Assembly: GCA_964472675.1 (NCBI GenBank) | Contig: CAYYLO010000004.1 | Coordinates: 1,602-65,601 of the forward strand | Reading direction: 5' to 3' | Source: an uncultured Gammaproteobacteria bacterium | GTDB lineage: Bacteria; Patescibacteriota; Microgenomatia; UBA8517; UBA10165 | Length of the DNA: 64,000 nt | Shown: piece after piece, positions 48,801 through 56,137 of the stretch | Layout of the letters: each line of letters opens with the position of its first letter | Numbering within the stretch: position 1 is the stretch's first letter | Position numbers and translations under genes: made by a program | The notes under the pieces: generated by a model | Database searches by the model: none | Seen by the model: only the letters and a program-made list of their open reading frames with translations | Told to the model about the DNA's origin: nothing

Positions 48801-51800
48801 CTTTTGGATCGGTGGTTTAGCGGAAAAACAAATGCCTTTTGGGGGGCTTTTAGGCCCTACCTTTAATTTTGTGTTTGAGACCCAAATGGAAAAACTGCAA
48901 GATGGAGATAGATTTTATTACCTATTCAGAAATGCCGGCTTAAACTTTTTAACTTCTCTTGAGCAAAACTCCTTTGCAGAATTGGTGATGAGAAACACTG
49001 AAGGCGTCAAGCACACGCCACATGATATTTTTTCGCATCCGGCTTTTACTATTGAAGCTGCCGATATTGATCCTTTGAACCCGGCAACGTTTCCGCCTGA
49101 CACAATTATTATGCCTGATGGCACTATCCGCTACACAGGGGTGGAGCATATTGTGATGGGAGGTACAGCGGGTAATGATAAACTGCATTCATCTGAAGGC
49201 GATGATACTCTTTGGGGAGATGAGGGTAATGATAGGCTGGAAGGTGGAGCAGGCAATGATGCAATTTTGGGCGGTGCAGGTGATGATATTTTAACTGATA
49301 TTTTTGGCGATGATAATATTAAAGGCGGCGAAGGCAATGATGTGATCAACGCAGGAGTTGGCATTGATCTGATTTTAGGAGGGGATGGCCAGGATTTTGT
49401 GGTGGCAGGCAGGGATTCAAAAGAGACTTTTGGAGGGGCTGGTAATGATTTTATTATAGCAGGAGACGGAGCTGATACAGTGTTTGGCAATGAGGGGGAT
49501 GATTGGATTGAAGGCGGTGACCAGGCGGATTTATTGCAGGGTGATAATGGCGATCCTTTCCAAAGCTCACCCACCATTGGCAATGACGTGATCATAGGCG
49601 GCGGGGGCAATGATGATTATGACTCAGAATCCGGCGATGATATTATGCTGGCCGATCCGGGCATTGAACGGAACGAAGGCATGCTTGGTTTTGACTGGGT
49701 GATATACAAAAATGATCCGCAGCCTGCCAATGCAGATATGTTTATTACAGGCTTGTTGCCGCCAACAGTAAATGATTTGCGTGACCGGTTTGATTTGGTT
49801 GAAGGCTTGTCCGGAGGCAGCCTTGACGATATTTTAAGGGGCGATAACCGCACCAGTGTTGGTTTTTTGGACCATGCTTTAAATAACCCTGCCCAAATTG
49901 CTTTGATTAACGGGTTACAAAATTTGCTGGGGGATGGGGTGAGCTCATTTTCAGGAGGAAATATCATATTGGGCGGAGCGGGTAGTGACGTAATTGAGGG
50001 TCGGGGCGGTGATGACCTGATTGATGGTGATGCCTGGCTGAATGTGCGTTTAAGTGTGGGGGATATTAGTGCAGACAGTATGACAGAACTTCAAACTGCC
50101 ATGTTTGAAGGCAAAATAAATCCCGGACAAATAAAAATTATCCGCGAGATATTAACCTCCCAAACAGAAGATGACATTGATACAGCAGTTTTTTCAGGTA
50201 ATCTGGCTGATTACACCATCAGTCAGCCAGATGCTCTAGGTAGGATTACAGTAACAGATAATAGGAGAGAAGATGGAGGAGGAGGCAGAACTAGTGATGG
50301 TACAGATACCCTTCGCAACATTGAACGCTTGCAGTTTGCTGACCAGACTATAGATTTAAATAAGTCAAACAAAGTATCAGCTCCCGCCCTAGTAGATAAG
50401 ATCTCTGAGCCAGGTGTTAGTAATTTGAGATCAGGAGTAGGTTTGACCTTGATTAGGTCTGATCTGCAGTTTATTTTGGATCAGATTAAAATTGCCGAAG
50501 CTCATGCTCAAGGTGCGTTCTTGTCCGGCCTAATCCCCAAAGACGTTTTACCTTGGGGTTTGCGGACAGTTGATGGGACTTTCAATAACATTGTGTCCAA
50601 TCAATCTGAGTTTGGGGCGGCAGACAGGGTATTCCCCCGCCTGACCACACCAGTTTTTAGAAATGCGGAAAATGCAACTTTTGATTTGGATGGGCCAGGC
50701 CCTTTAACTTTAGGCCAGCCAACCTCTTATGCTCAAAATAACGGTTTTGTGTTTGACTCGCAACCCCGCTTGATCAGCAATTTAATTGTTGATCAAACCT
50801 TGGGCAATCCTGCTGCTCAAGCCGCCAGTGCGTTTAGCTTACCTGACCCACAAACTAATAGTTTATTTATCCCAAACATAGCTCCTGATATGGGATTGTC
50901 TGCATCTTTTAATTCCTGGTTTACCTTGTTTGGACAGTTTTTTGATCATGGGTTGGATTTAGTCAACAAAGGCGGTAGCGGTACAGTATTTATCCCGCTT
51001 GCTACTGATGACCCGCTTTTTAACCCTGCCAGCCCGTCTAATTTCATGGTTTTAACAAGAGCAACAAACCAACCTGGCCCGGATGGCGTGTTAGGCACAT
51101 TGGATGATATTCATGAACACACAAACCAAACATCTCCTTTTATTGACCAAAATCAAACTTACACCTCACATCCTTCACATCAGGTATTCCTCCGTTCATT
51201 TAATTTTAGACCGGCTAACAGTTTGTCAGTTTTGGCAAATATAACAGTTGCTCCAAAGATTTTCTCTGTTTTTGGACAAGGCAAGTTTACTTCCACAAAT
51301 GGGCAAACTATTACACCTAAAGTTGTTTCCCAGGGAATCTCTGTTGTTTCAGTGGAAGACGGCGGGGGAATACATTCTGTGACTGTACCGGATGGAACAG
51401 AGATTACCAAAAGCAATGGCAAAGACATCGATATCACTGCCTTAACAGCAGCGGTGCCTGCTATAGATTCCTTAACAGGAATGAATAAAGGAGTGGTGGT
51501 TAATGGCAAGTTGCAATGGGGGATTCCCAACCAGGGGTTGTTGTTTAGTAACCCAATTTCACTGGATATATTTGTTGGTACTGATTTAAATGGTCAGACT
51601 TTGGATGTGCTGCGTTCTGAAACTGGTACTGGTAATTGGACCAATGAGGGAATTGTGGCCCCTGCAACTTGTTTAGTGGCAAATGGCATGTGTACATTTC
51701 AGGCCACAAAAGCCTCAGTTTATATAGCTGCTCAAACTGTAGCTAGTGCTGGGGGAACAATTGGCAATGCTTCCCCAACAGATAACAATAATAGTAATAA

Positions 51801-52440
51801 TACACCCACGAACACATCTAATACAGCCACTAACACTAATACAATTTCATCCAGTTCTAATTCCTTTAACTCTTCCTCAAGTAACGGTTCCTCCACCCCT
51901 TCTAACGCTTCTGCTCCTGTTTGTACTGATTCCAAGCCAGGTAGTGCTCCTAAGTTACTTTCTGCCATAGTTACCGGTCCCAACCAGGTAACTTTAAGTT
52001 GGTCTAAGGCCCAAAATCCTGCAACCTATTACTTAGTAGCTTATGGAACTTCTTCTGAGAATCTACAATTTGGTAATCCTAACGTGGGTGGAGCTGATAC
52101 TACTTCATATGTGGTTAATGGCTTGTCCGGCGGAACGGCTTATTACTTTAAGGTTAGAGCTGGGAACAACTGCATGCCGGGAGAATTTTCCAATGAGTTG
52201 CCTGCAACAGTTGACGGAAGCGTAATTAGGCAGCCCGCCTCAGGGTTTACTGAAGGTGTGTTGGGAGTTAAAAAGGAAACACTCGACAACCCAACAATCG
52301 ACAAACCTGCTCTTGCTCCTACAACTTCCGAAAGTCGAAAGAACAGGATTTTCCAACTAACTTTAGCAGCGATGGTCTTATTAGCTATATCCTATGGTCT
52401 TTTTTATCGCCTTGCTAAAAGAGTAAGCCGACGGTTGTAA
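45805..52440 (+). CDS. Giant secreted multidomain protein (2211 aa). Domain order: signal peptide, Ig-like (DUF5011-type) x2, cadherin-like/He_PIG domain, animal-heme-peroxidase (peroxidase-cyclooxygenase superfamily) domain, RTX hemolysin-type Ca-binding repeats, an N-terminal-type peroxidase segment, an SNT-rich linker, a two-Cys FN3-like module, and a TM anchor. The 8-nt overlap with giant gene 1 suggests translational coupling.
   Basis: - Signal peptide: MGRKVLSAFLILVVVFS.
- Ig-like repeats: APIITILGDSPV, APVITMLGSSPL.
- Cadherin-like: PSQTITVGTPVSFKVIATDTDGDALTYSL.
- Peroxidase motifs: GDGRVNENIGLTAVHHIFHSEHNRLV (Arg/Glu heme-link motif), RFGHSLL (proximal His), LARGRDTGVP, VDFWIGGLAE, GDRFYY.
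- RTX nonapeptides: GGAGNDAILGGAGDDIL, GGEGNDVINAG, GGAGNDFIIAGDGADTVFGNEGDDWIEGG.
- After the RTX block: TVDGTFNN and FGQFFDHGLD (distal His), SPFIDQNQTYTS (Ca loop).
- C-terminus: TM helix plus basic tail. Confidence 0.85.
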   Translation: MGRKVLSAFLILVVVFSNGFLTLAQIALAAPTGENKTFYFRNQSAQLPSSHVLSTTAPTSGNSQNTSITSTDSPSFRHFHPGITSFQHIFATEPAHTLPVDLASWISDVPLDGTFQAGSWKFIVHKNDNIKGEVSVPHFNVYKSPSNTSLDQATFLFDVEGPDWWTSSDEQLNFSTPLLSQFEFNNAYLVVQLFDQCKSGCNGGKIMTVFEDGTSAATQTRIETPLFVPAGSNEPVPPPSAPAPEPSAPQPPTPPADITAPIITILGDSPVTVFLGSTYIDAGATAIDNIDGAISVETTNAVNTAVLGGYSVIYKATDSAGNTSVPAIRTVNVVAPPAPVLPPPAPIVPPLPPLDTIAPVITMLGSSPLDVTIGSVYNDAGATALDNIDGDLAAKISASGLPINTASAGTFTITYNVADSAGNTATPVTRIVNVIAAPEEPAAPAPEPPPPPVQPSAPKNSPPVVEPIPSQTITVGTPVSFKVIATDTDGDALTYSLGPNAPLGATIDPKTGAFFWLPQVVGTTNFDILVSDGVNTPVTTGHLIENRNLGVDGILGTADDIFIGGMATWGMVKAQARDFLGILLDDLDVLDLPLLATDAYGNFIKGPNGFPQLVIDGGLLEGNPASPVDASKAVRTHHPFIVDISHNANPVNSRGVPLKADSDNVIGLSEPGTYDNELLDAHFMAGDGRVNENIGLTAVHHIFHSEHNRLVEYAKNVILDTGDLAFLSQWLVAGSAPDTFPQTPQEITALSWNGERLFQVAKFGTEMQYQHLVFEEFARKVSPQVNIFSGYDNSIDPAIMAEFAHTVYRFGHSLLTDTVARTNEDGTTNDIGLIQAFLNPLEFVASGDTPIKAAGAIVSGMVNQVGNEIDEFVTESLRSNLLGLPLDLATINLARGRDTGVPPLNSARKQFFMATGGDSSLKPYTSWVDFGLNIKHPLSLINFIAAYGTHPTVLNAASLQEKRAAAALLVDGGEGAPEDRVDFLNSTGNWVSTGLDTVDFWIGGLAEKQMPFGGLLGPTFNFVFETQMEKLQDGDRFYYLFRNAGLNFLTSLEQNSFAELVMRNTEGVKHTPHDIFSHPAFTIEAADIDPLNPATFPPDTIIMPDGTIRYTGVEHIVMGGTAGNDKLHSSEGDDTLWGDEGNDRLEGGAGNDAILGGAGDDILTDIFGDDNIKGGEGNDVINAGVGIDLILGGDGQDFVVAGRDSKETFGGAGNDFIIAGDGADTVFGNEGDDWIEGGDQADLLQGDNGDPFQSSPTIGNDVIIGGGGNDDYDSESGDDIMLADPGIERNEGMLGFDWVIYKNDPQPANADMFITGLLPPTVNDLRDRFDLVEGLSGGSLDDILRGDNRTSVGFLDHALNNPAQIALINGLQNLLGDGVSSFSGGNIILGGAGSDVIEGRGGDDLIDGDAWLNVRLSVGDISADSMTELQTAMFEGKINPGQIKIIREILTSQTEDDIDTAVFSGNLADYTISQPDALGRITVTDNRREDGGGGRTSDGTDTLRNIERLQFADQTIDLNKSNKVSAPALVDKISEPGVSNLRSGVGLTLIRSDLQFILDQIKIAEAHAQGAFLSGLIPKDVLPWGLRTVDGTFNNIVSNQSEFGAADRVFPRLTTPVFRNAENATFDLDGPGPLTLGQPTSYAQNNGFVFDSQPRLISNLIVDQTLGNPAAQAASAFSLPDPQTNSLFIPNIAPDMGLSASFNSWFTLFGQFFDHGLDLVNKGGSGTVFIPLATDDPLFNPASPSNFMVLTRATNQPGPDGVLGTLDDIHEHTNQTSPFIDQNQTYTSHPSHQVFLRSFNFRPANSLSVLANITVAPKIFSVFGQGKFTSTNGQTITPKVVSQGISVVSVEDGGGIHSVTVPDGTEITKSNGKDIDITALTAAVPAIDSLTGMNKGVVVNGKLQWGIPNQGLLFSNPISLDIFVGTDLNGQTLDVLRSETGTGNWTNEGIVAPATCLVANGMCTFQATKASVYIAAQTVASAGGTIGNASPTDNNNSNNTPTNTSNTATNTNTISSSSNSFNSSSSNGSSTPSNASAPVCTDSKPGSAPKLLSAIVTGPNQVTLSWSKAQNPATYYLVAYGTSSENLQFGNPNVGGADTTSYVVNGLSGGTAYYFKVRAGNNCMPGEFSNELPATVDGSVIRQPASGFTEGVLGVKKETLDNPTIDKPALAPTTSESRKNRIFQLTLAAMVLLAISYGLFYRLAKRVSRRL

Positions 52441-52456
52441 GCCTACTAATAAGAAT

Positions 52457-52478
52457 ATACAACCCGTTTCAAAACTCG
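52457..52478. repeat. Right copy of the 22-nt motif ATACAACcCGTTTCAAAACTCG, 17 nt after the giant gene 2 stop
   Basis: See the left copy at 40153-40174. Confidence 0.7.
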
Positions 52479-53551
52479 TGCGTCAATTTACTTTTCAAAA
52501 AGGGGTTGTTAGAATAGTTTTAATGGAAGCTCCATCAGCAGTATCGGATAGACCTATACTTTACAAACCAACTGATACGGAACTTGCCAGGGAATCGGTA
52601 GAGGAAGCAGGAATAAGATATTTTGCTGCACTGGCAAGCTTGGCTAGAACTCCAGAAGAGCTGCGCGCATTAGTTCGTCTTCATGCGCAAAAAGCAGCAG
52701 AAGCTGGCGGTCCGGTTTTGGGTGAAGTTTTAACTGGATTCTCTGAAGAATTATCAAGTGCTTCTCAACCTGTATTAGAAGAACCGGAAGGCACTCCAAC
52801 ACTAGAAAAAAGAACTGTGCAAACGCCTATGGGGGAACTTACTCTTTATCCTCAAAGAAAAGAAGCAGCCTCCCCTCTTCTTCCAAAAGAAAAGGGGGCA
52901 GTTAGGTTGCCTGATGTAGTATTTGAAATACTAGAAACTCTTGCGAAAGATCCGCGTGTCGTAGTTAACTATGAAGACTTAATTAAAAATGTCTGGAAAT
53001 ATGAAAGCTATAATAAGAAAACAGACCTGTCAATGGTAAGAACCCGAGTATATGTTCTTCGCCAATTATTAGGAGATAGCGGAGAAGGTGTGGCTTCTGC
53101 AAGAAAATTCAAATTTATTCACACCTTTGAAGAAGGTATTTCTTTAACAGATCATCTTACTGTTGACCAAATTATCCGCCTAACCCCACAGGAAAGAAAA
53201 GATTTACATATTGCAAGCGCTACTATTCCTGGAAGAAATAGACAGCCAAAACAAGTGTTTCTTGATGCCGCACGGGGAATTGCAATTGTGCCAGATTCGG
53301 CAACAAACCCATATAAATATTTGTCAACGCTGGAAGCCGATGTCCTGGAAGCATTGATGCGTCATCCACAATCTATACTTCCCAAAGATATGTTTATTAA
53401 TATTATAGAAAAACACGGATATATCTCAAAGACAGACGATAAAACATCTGCTTTAAAAGCACTTGTGTATCGTTTAAGACAAAAGCTGGAAGAGGATCTT
53501 CCAATTTATACTATTGATAATGGCCATACGCTTACAGAAAGAATGCATTAA
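52478..53551 (+). CDS. Tandem OmpR/PhoB-type winged-helix (trans_reg_C) DNA-binding protein with no receiver domain. ATG at 52523 is the likely real start; the GTG at 52478 overlaps the repeat motif.
   Basis: There are two copies of the trans_reg_C pattern: VRLPDVVFEILETLAKDPRVVVNYEDLIKNVWKYESYNKKTDLSMVRTRVYVLRQLL and ...LSTLEADVLEALMRHPQSILPKDMFINIIEKHGYISKTDDKTSALKALVYRLRQKLEE. No D-box/receiver motifs are present. Confidence 0.55.
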   Translation: MRQFTFQKGVVRIVLMEAPSAVSDRPILYKPTDTELARESVEEAGIRYFAALASLARTPEELRALVRLHAQKAAEAGGPVLGEVLTGFSEELSSASQPVLEEPEGTPTLEKRTVQTPMGELTLYPQRKEAASPLLPKEKGAVRLPDVVFEILETLAKDPRVVVNYEDLIKNVWKYESYNKKTDLSMVRTRVYVLRQLLGDSGEGVASARKFKFIHTFEEGISLTDHLTVDQIIRLTPQERKDLHIASATIPGRNRQPKQVFLDAARGIAIVPDSATNPYKYLSTLEADVLEALMRHPQSILPKDMFINIIEKHGYISKTDDKTSALKALVYRLRQKLEEDLPIYTIDNGHTLTERMH

Positions 53552-53599
53552 ACCCCAACATCTTTTTAGGTGAGCCGCCTTCCCCGTGTTTGGAGCCGT

Positions 53600-54376
53600 T
53601 TAATGTAACTTTACCCAACTATTACCGGAATTAACTTCCATAAGCTCAGGTCCCGCGCCACGGTAAGCACAAGGATTTTGGTCTCTTTCTTCTTTACTAA
53701 TTATCACTTGCTTTTTTGAAGCAACTCCTTTTTGCTGAAACTGCGCAAAAACTTCGTCACTCATATGATTGAATACAGAATCCAAATCTGCAAACGGTGA
53801 CAACCAATTATCAATTTTCTTGGGTGGCAGCCCGATCTTGCCATAGATCGCGTCAAATGAGTAATAACCGTCCAGGAATCCCGCAAAACCAACCAACTCA
53901 CCAGCTTTAACCCTATCCCCAGTTTTTAACCCGTCTTTAACCTTAATATGCTCAACACTAAAACTCCACATTCCAACTGGCGGGATATTGGCAAACATGC
54001 GCCGGGGAGAAATCCATAATTCCTGTTCATTATCATTTAATGAAAAAATCAATGTAATATAACCATCGAAAGGAGCGTAGATCTCTACCACTTTATCTGC
54101 TCCACGGTTTTCTTCCTTTTCCCACAAATAATGCTTCATATTTCTTTTGCTTTCTTTTTCGTTTTGGGGTACGACGACATGTCCGGTGCAACTTCTGAAC
54201 TTGGAGATTTTTTCAATCTTATCTAAGTTGACAAAATTTGCCGTTATCTGCGGGGGAGGTGTATTCCGGTTGGAAAAGATAGAGAAAAGCGATGCTCCTG
54301 CGAATATCAGGATCAAAACTCCGACACCGATTAGTATTTTTAAAATGAAAGACAGGCGAGCAAACCCCTTTTGCAT
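53600..54376 (-). CDS. Hypothetical membrane-anchored protein (a degenerate M23/LytM-like beta-barrel is possible)
   Basis: An N-terminal TM helix and a GDRVKAGELVGFAGF segment reminiscent of the M23 C-terminal strand, but with no HxH metal site. Confidence 0.4.
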   Translation of the reverse strand: MQKGFARLSFILKILIGVGVLILIFAGASLFSIFSNRNTPPPQITANFVNLDKIEKISKFRSCTGHVVVPQNEKESKRNMKHYLWEKEENRGADKVVEIYAPFDGYITLIFSLNDNEQELWISPRRMFANIPPVGMWSFSVEHIKVKDGLKTGDRVKAGELVGFAGFLDGYYSFDAIYGKIGLPPKKIDNWLSPFADLDSVFNHMSDEVFAQFQQKGVASKKQVIISKEERDQNPCAYRGAGPELMEVNSGNSWVKLH

Positions 54377-54624
54377 CTTGCATTTATTGTGGCAGGTTTC
54401 AGTAGTATGGTCAATTTTTTGGTGACCTTACTGACTGAGGAATGGAACACCTTATGAAGAATTTGCCAGAAGGACAAAATTGAGAGACTGAATGGCCGCT
54501 GGCTTCTAGTCAGTATCGAATGTATGAATTCTCTAATCTCAGCTTGGAGAAATGGTTGGGAACAAAATATACATAGAATTTGTTGCAGTGAAAATGCTAT
54601 GATTACCTTAATATAAGTCCTTCG

Positions 54625-56079
54625 ATGGAAATTGAGACTAACAGCGATAATCCTTCAAACCAACTCAGTAATTCACTTAATAAAAGAAACAAATTGTTAT
54701 TGGTGATTCCCATTTCAATCCTTGTAGTCTTAATCTCGATAGTAGGAGTGATATCGCTATCAAATCAAAGAAAATCCACAGACAATAAGTCATCTCAGAC
54801 TGAAAATACCAGTAATATAAATCTTCCTAGTAAGAATATCGTTGTATACACAAGATGTTATGGTGGTGAGAGACAGCCGAAACACTGTAATCTGTATGTC
54901 TCAAGCTTGAAAGAGCCAGAAGAAAAGCTTATTTACTCGTTTGATTTTCCAGATGTAGAACAAACTGATTACGAAACTGGTTTTGAGCTTACAGTAAACG
55001 GCATTATCAATAAGAAAGTGGTATACACTAAGTCATATTGGGAGAAGAAAGAAAGCGAACGAACTGAATACAACATTTTGGGAGTTATTGATTTAGCATC
55101 GGCCCAAGATAACATTATCTATAAGCAGGTACGCTACCCTTCCAAAAGTGGAGCAAGAGATGAACGAGACAATGATTACATTTCAGGAATCTATCTTGAT
55201 GGCCCAAATAACAAAGTGTATTACTCTACAGAGACTGGACCTGAAACTGGCGGGAAGATAACTCAATATGGCTTAAGTTCAAATCAGAACAAAGTTATAA
55301 CTGATAATACTAAGCTTGATTATACGTCCAAAGTTGAATATGCCAGTTCCGACAAACTATATCTTTCGTACAGTGACGACCACATTGCTGGAAATTATTA
55401 CATAAGTAAGATTTTGAATTTGAATAGTGGAACTGTAACTAGTACCCCAAAATCATGGCATAACGCTGTAATCAACAAACAAGGCACAAAAGTAGCATAT
55501 ATTGACGAAATACCAGTTGGCTCAAATAACACCTACAATCTCAGCTTGAATGTTTCCGACCTAGAGGGTAATAATGTCAAAGAAATATATTCTGCTCCTA
55601 ATACACGACTCCCAGCCGATGGATATGATGGTTCATATCCTTATACAGTTGTCAGTAATTATTATTTCAACGAATATGGTGACAGATTGAGTTATAGTAT
55701 CCGCACTCCTGAACTTGTTAATGGAGAATACGTAGGAGAAAAGACTACTAAATATATTTCCATACTTGAGGTACGCACTGCGGTAGAAGAAGGCCAAAGA
55801 GGTATTCATATTCTTCCGCCCGAGAACCCTAATATCTACAAGACAAAATACGCAGTTAAGCAACCAGATATTAACTATCAGTGGACTAAATTCAGAACTA
55901 TTTCGGGCCCTCTTGAAGGCAATATGGAAGAAGGAGTCTACTACGGAGCAGATGACGGTTGGTACCTTCGACCAATTGGATACGGTTTTGAGACTAACGA
56001 GTTTGACCTATTTGGCGGAATAGATAGTAGACAAATTATCGCTGTCAAAGCTAAGAACCTTTTCATTCTTCCAAACTAA
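54625..56079 (+). CDS. Hypothetical membrane-anchored extracytoplasmic protein, Asn/Tyr-rich
   Basis: 484 aa with a single N-terminal TM helix; no family recognised. Confidence 0.5.
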   Translation: MEIETNSDNPSNQLSNSLNKRNKLLLVIPISILVVLISIVGVISLSNQRKSTDNKSSQTENTSNINLPSKNIVVYTRCYGGERQPKHCNLYVSSLKEPEEKLIYSFDFPDVEQTDYETGFELTVNGIINKKVVYTKSYWEKKESERTEYNILGVIDLASAQDNIIYKQVRYPSKSGARDERDNDYISGIYLDGPNNKVYYSTETGPETGGKITQYGLSSNQNKVITDNTKLDYTSKVEYASSDKLYLSYSDDHIAGNYYISKILNLNSGTVTSTPKSWHNAVINKQGTKVAYIDEIPVGSNNTYNLSLNVSDLEGNNVKEIYSAPNTRLPADGYDGSYPYTVVSNYYFNEYGDRLSYSIRTPELVNGEYVGEKTTKYISILEVRTAVEEGQRGIHILPPENPNIYKTKYAVKQPDINYQWTKFRTISGPLEGNMEEGVYYGADDGWYLRPIGYGFETNEFDLFGGIDSRQIIAVKAKNLFILPN

Positions 56080-56137
56080 TCCTTACTCGTGTAAGAACTT
56101 ACATTTGGTTTAAAAAATGCATAGCAAAGTACAATAG

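Noticed and set aside
46743-49967. Multiple antisense ORFs inside giant gene 2, including a Pro-rich 159-aa ORF at 49131-49610
   Set aside because: They lie opposite the RTX/Ig repeat coding sequence. Their low-complexity translations are the mirror image of Gly/Asp-rich repeats. No RBS was seen, and they are fully embedded in a strongly supported CDS.
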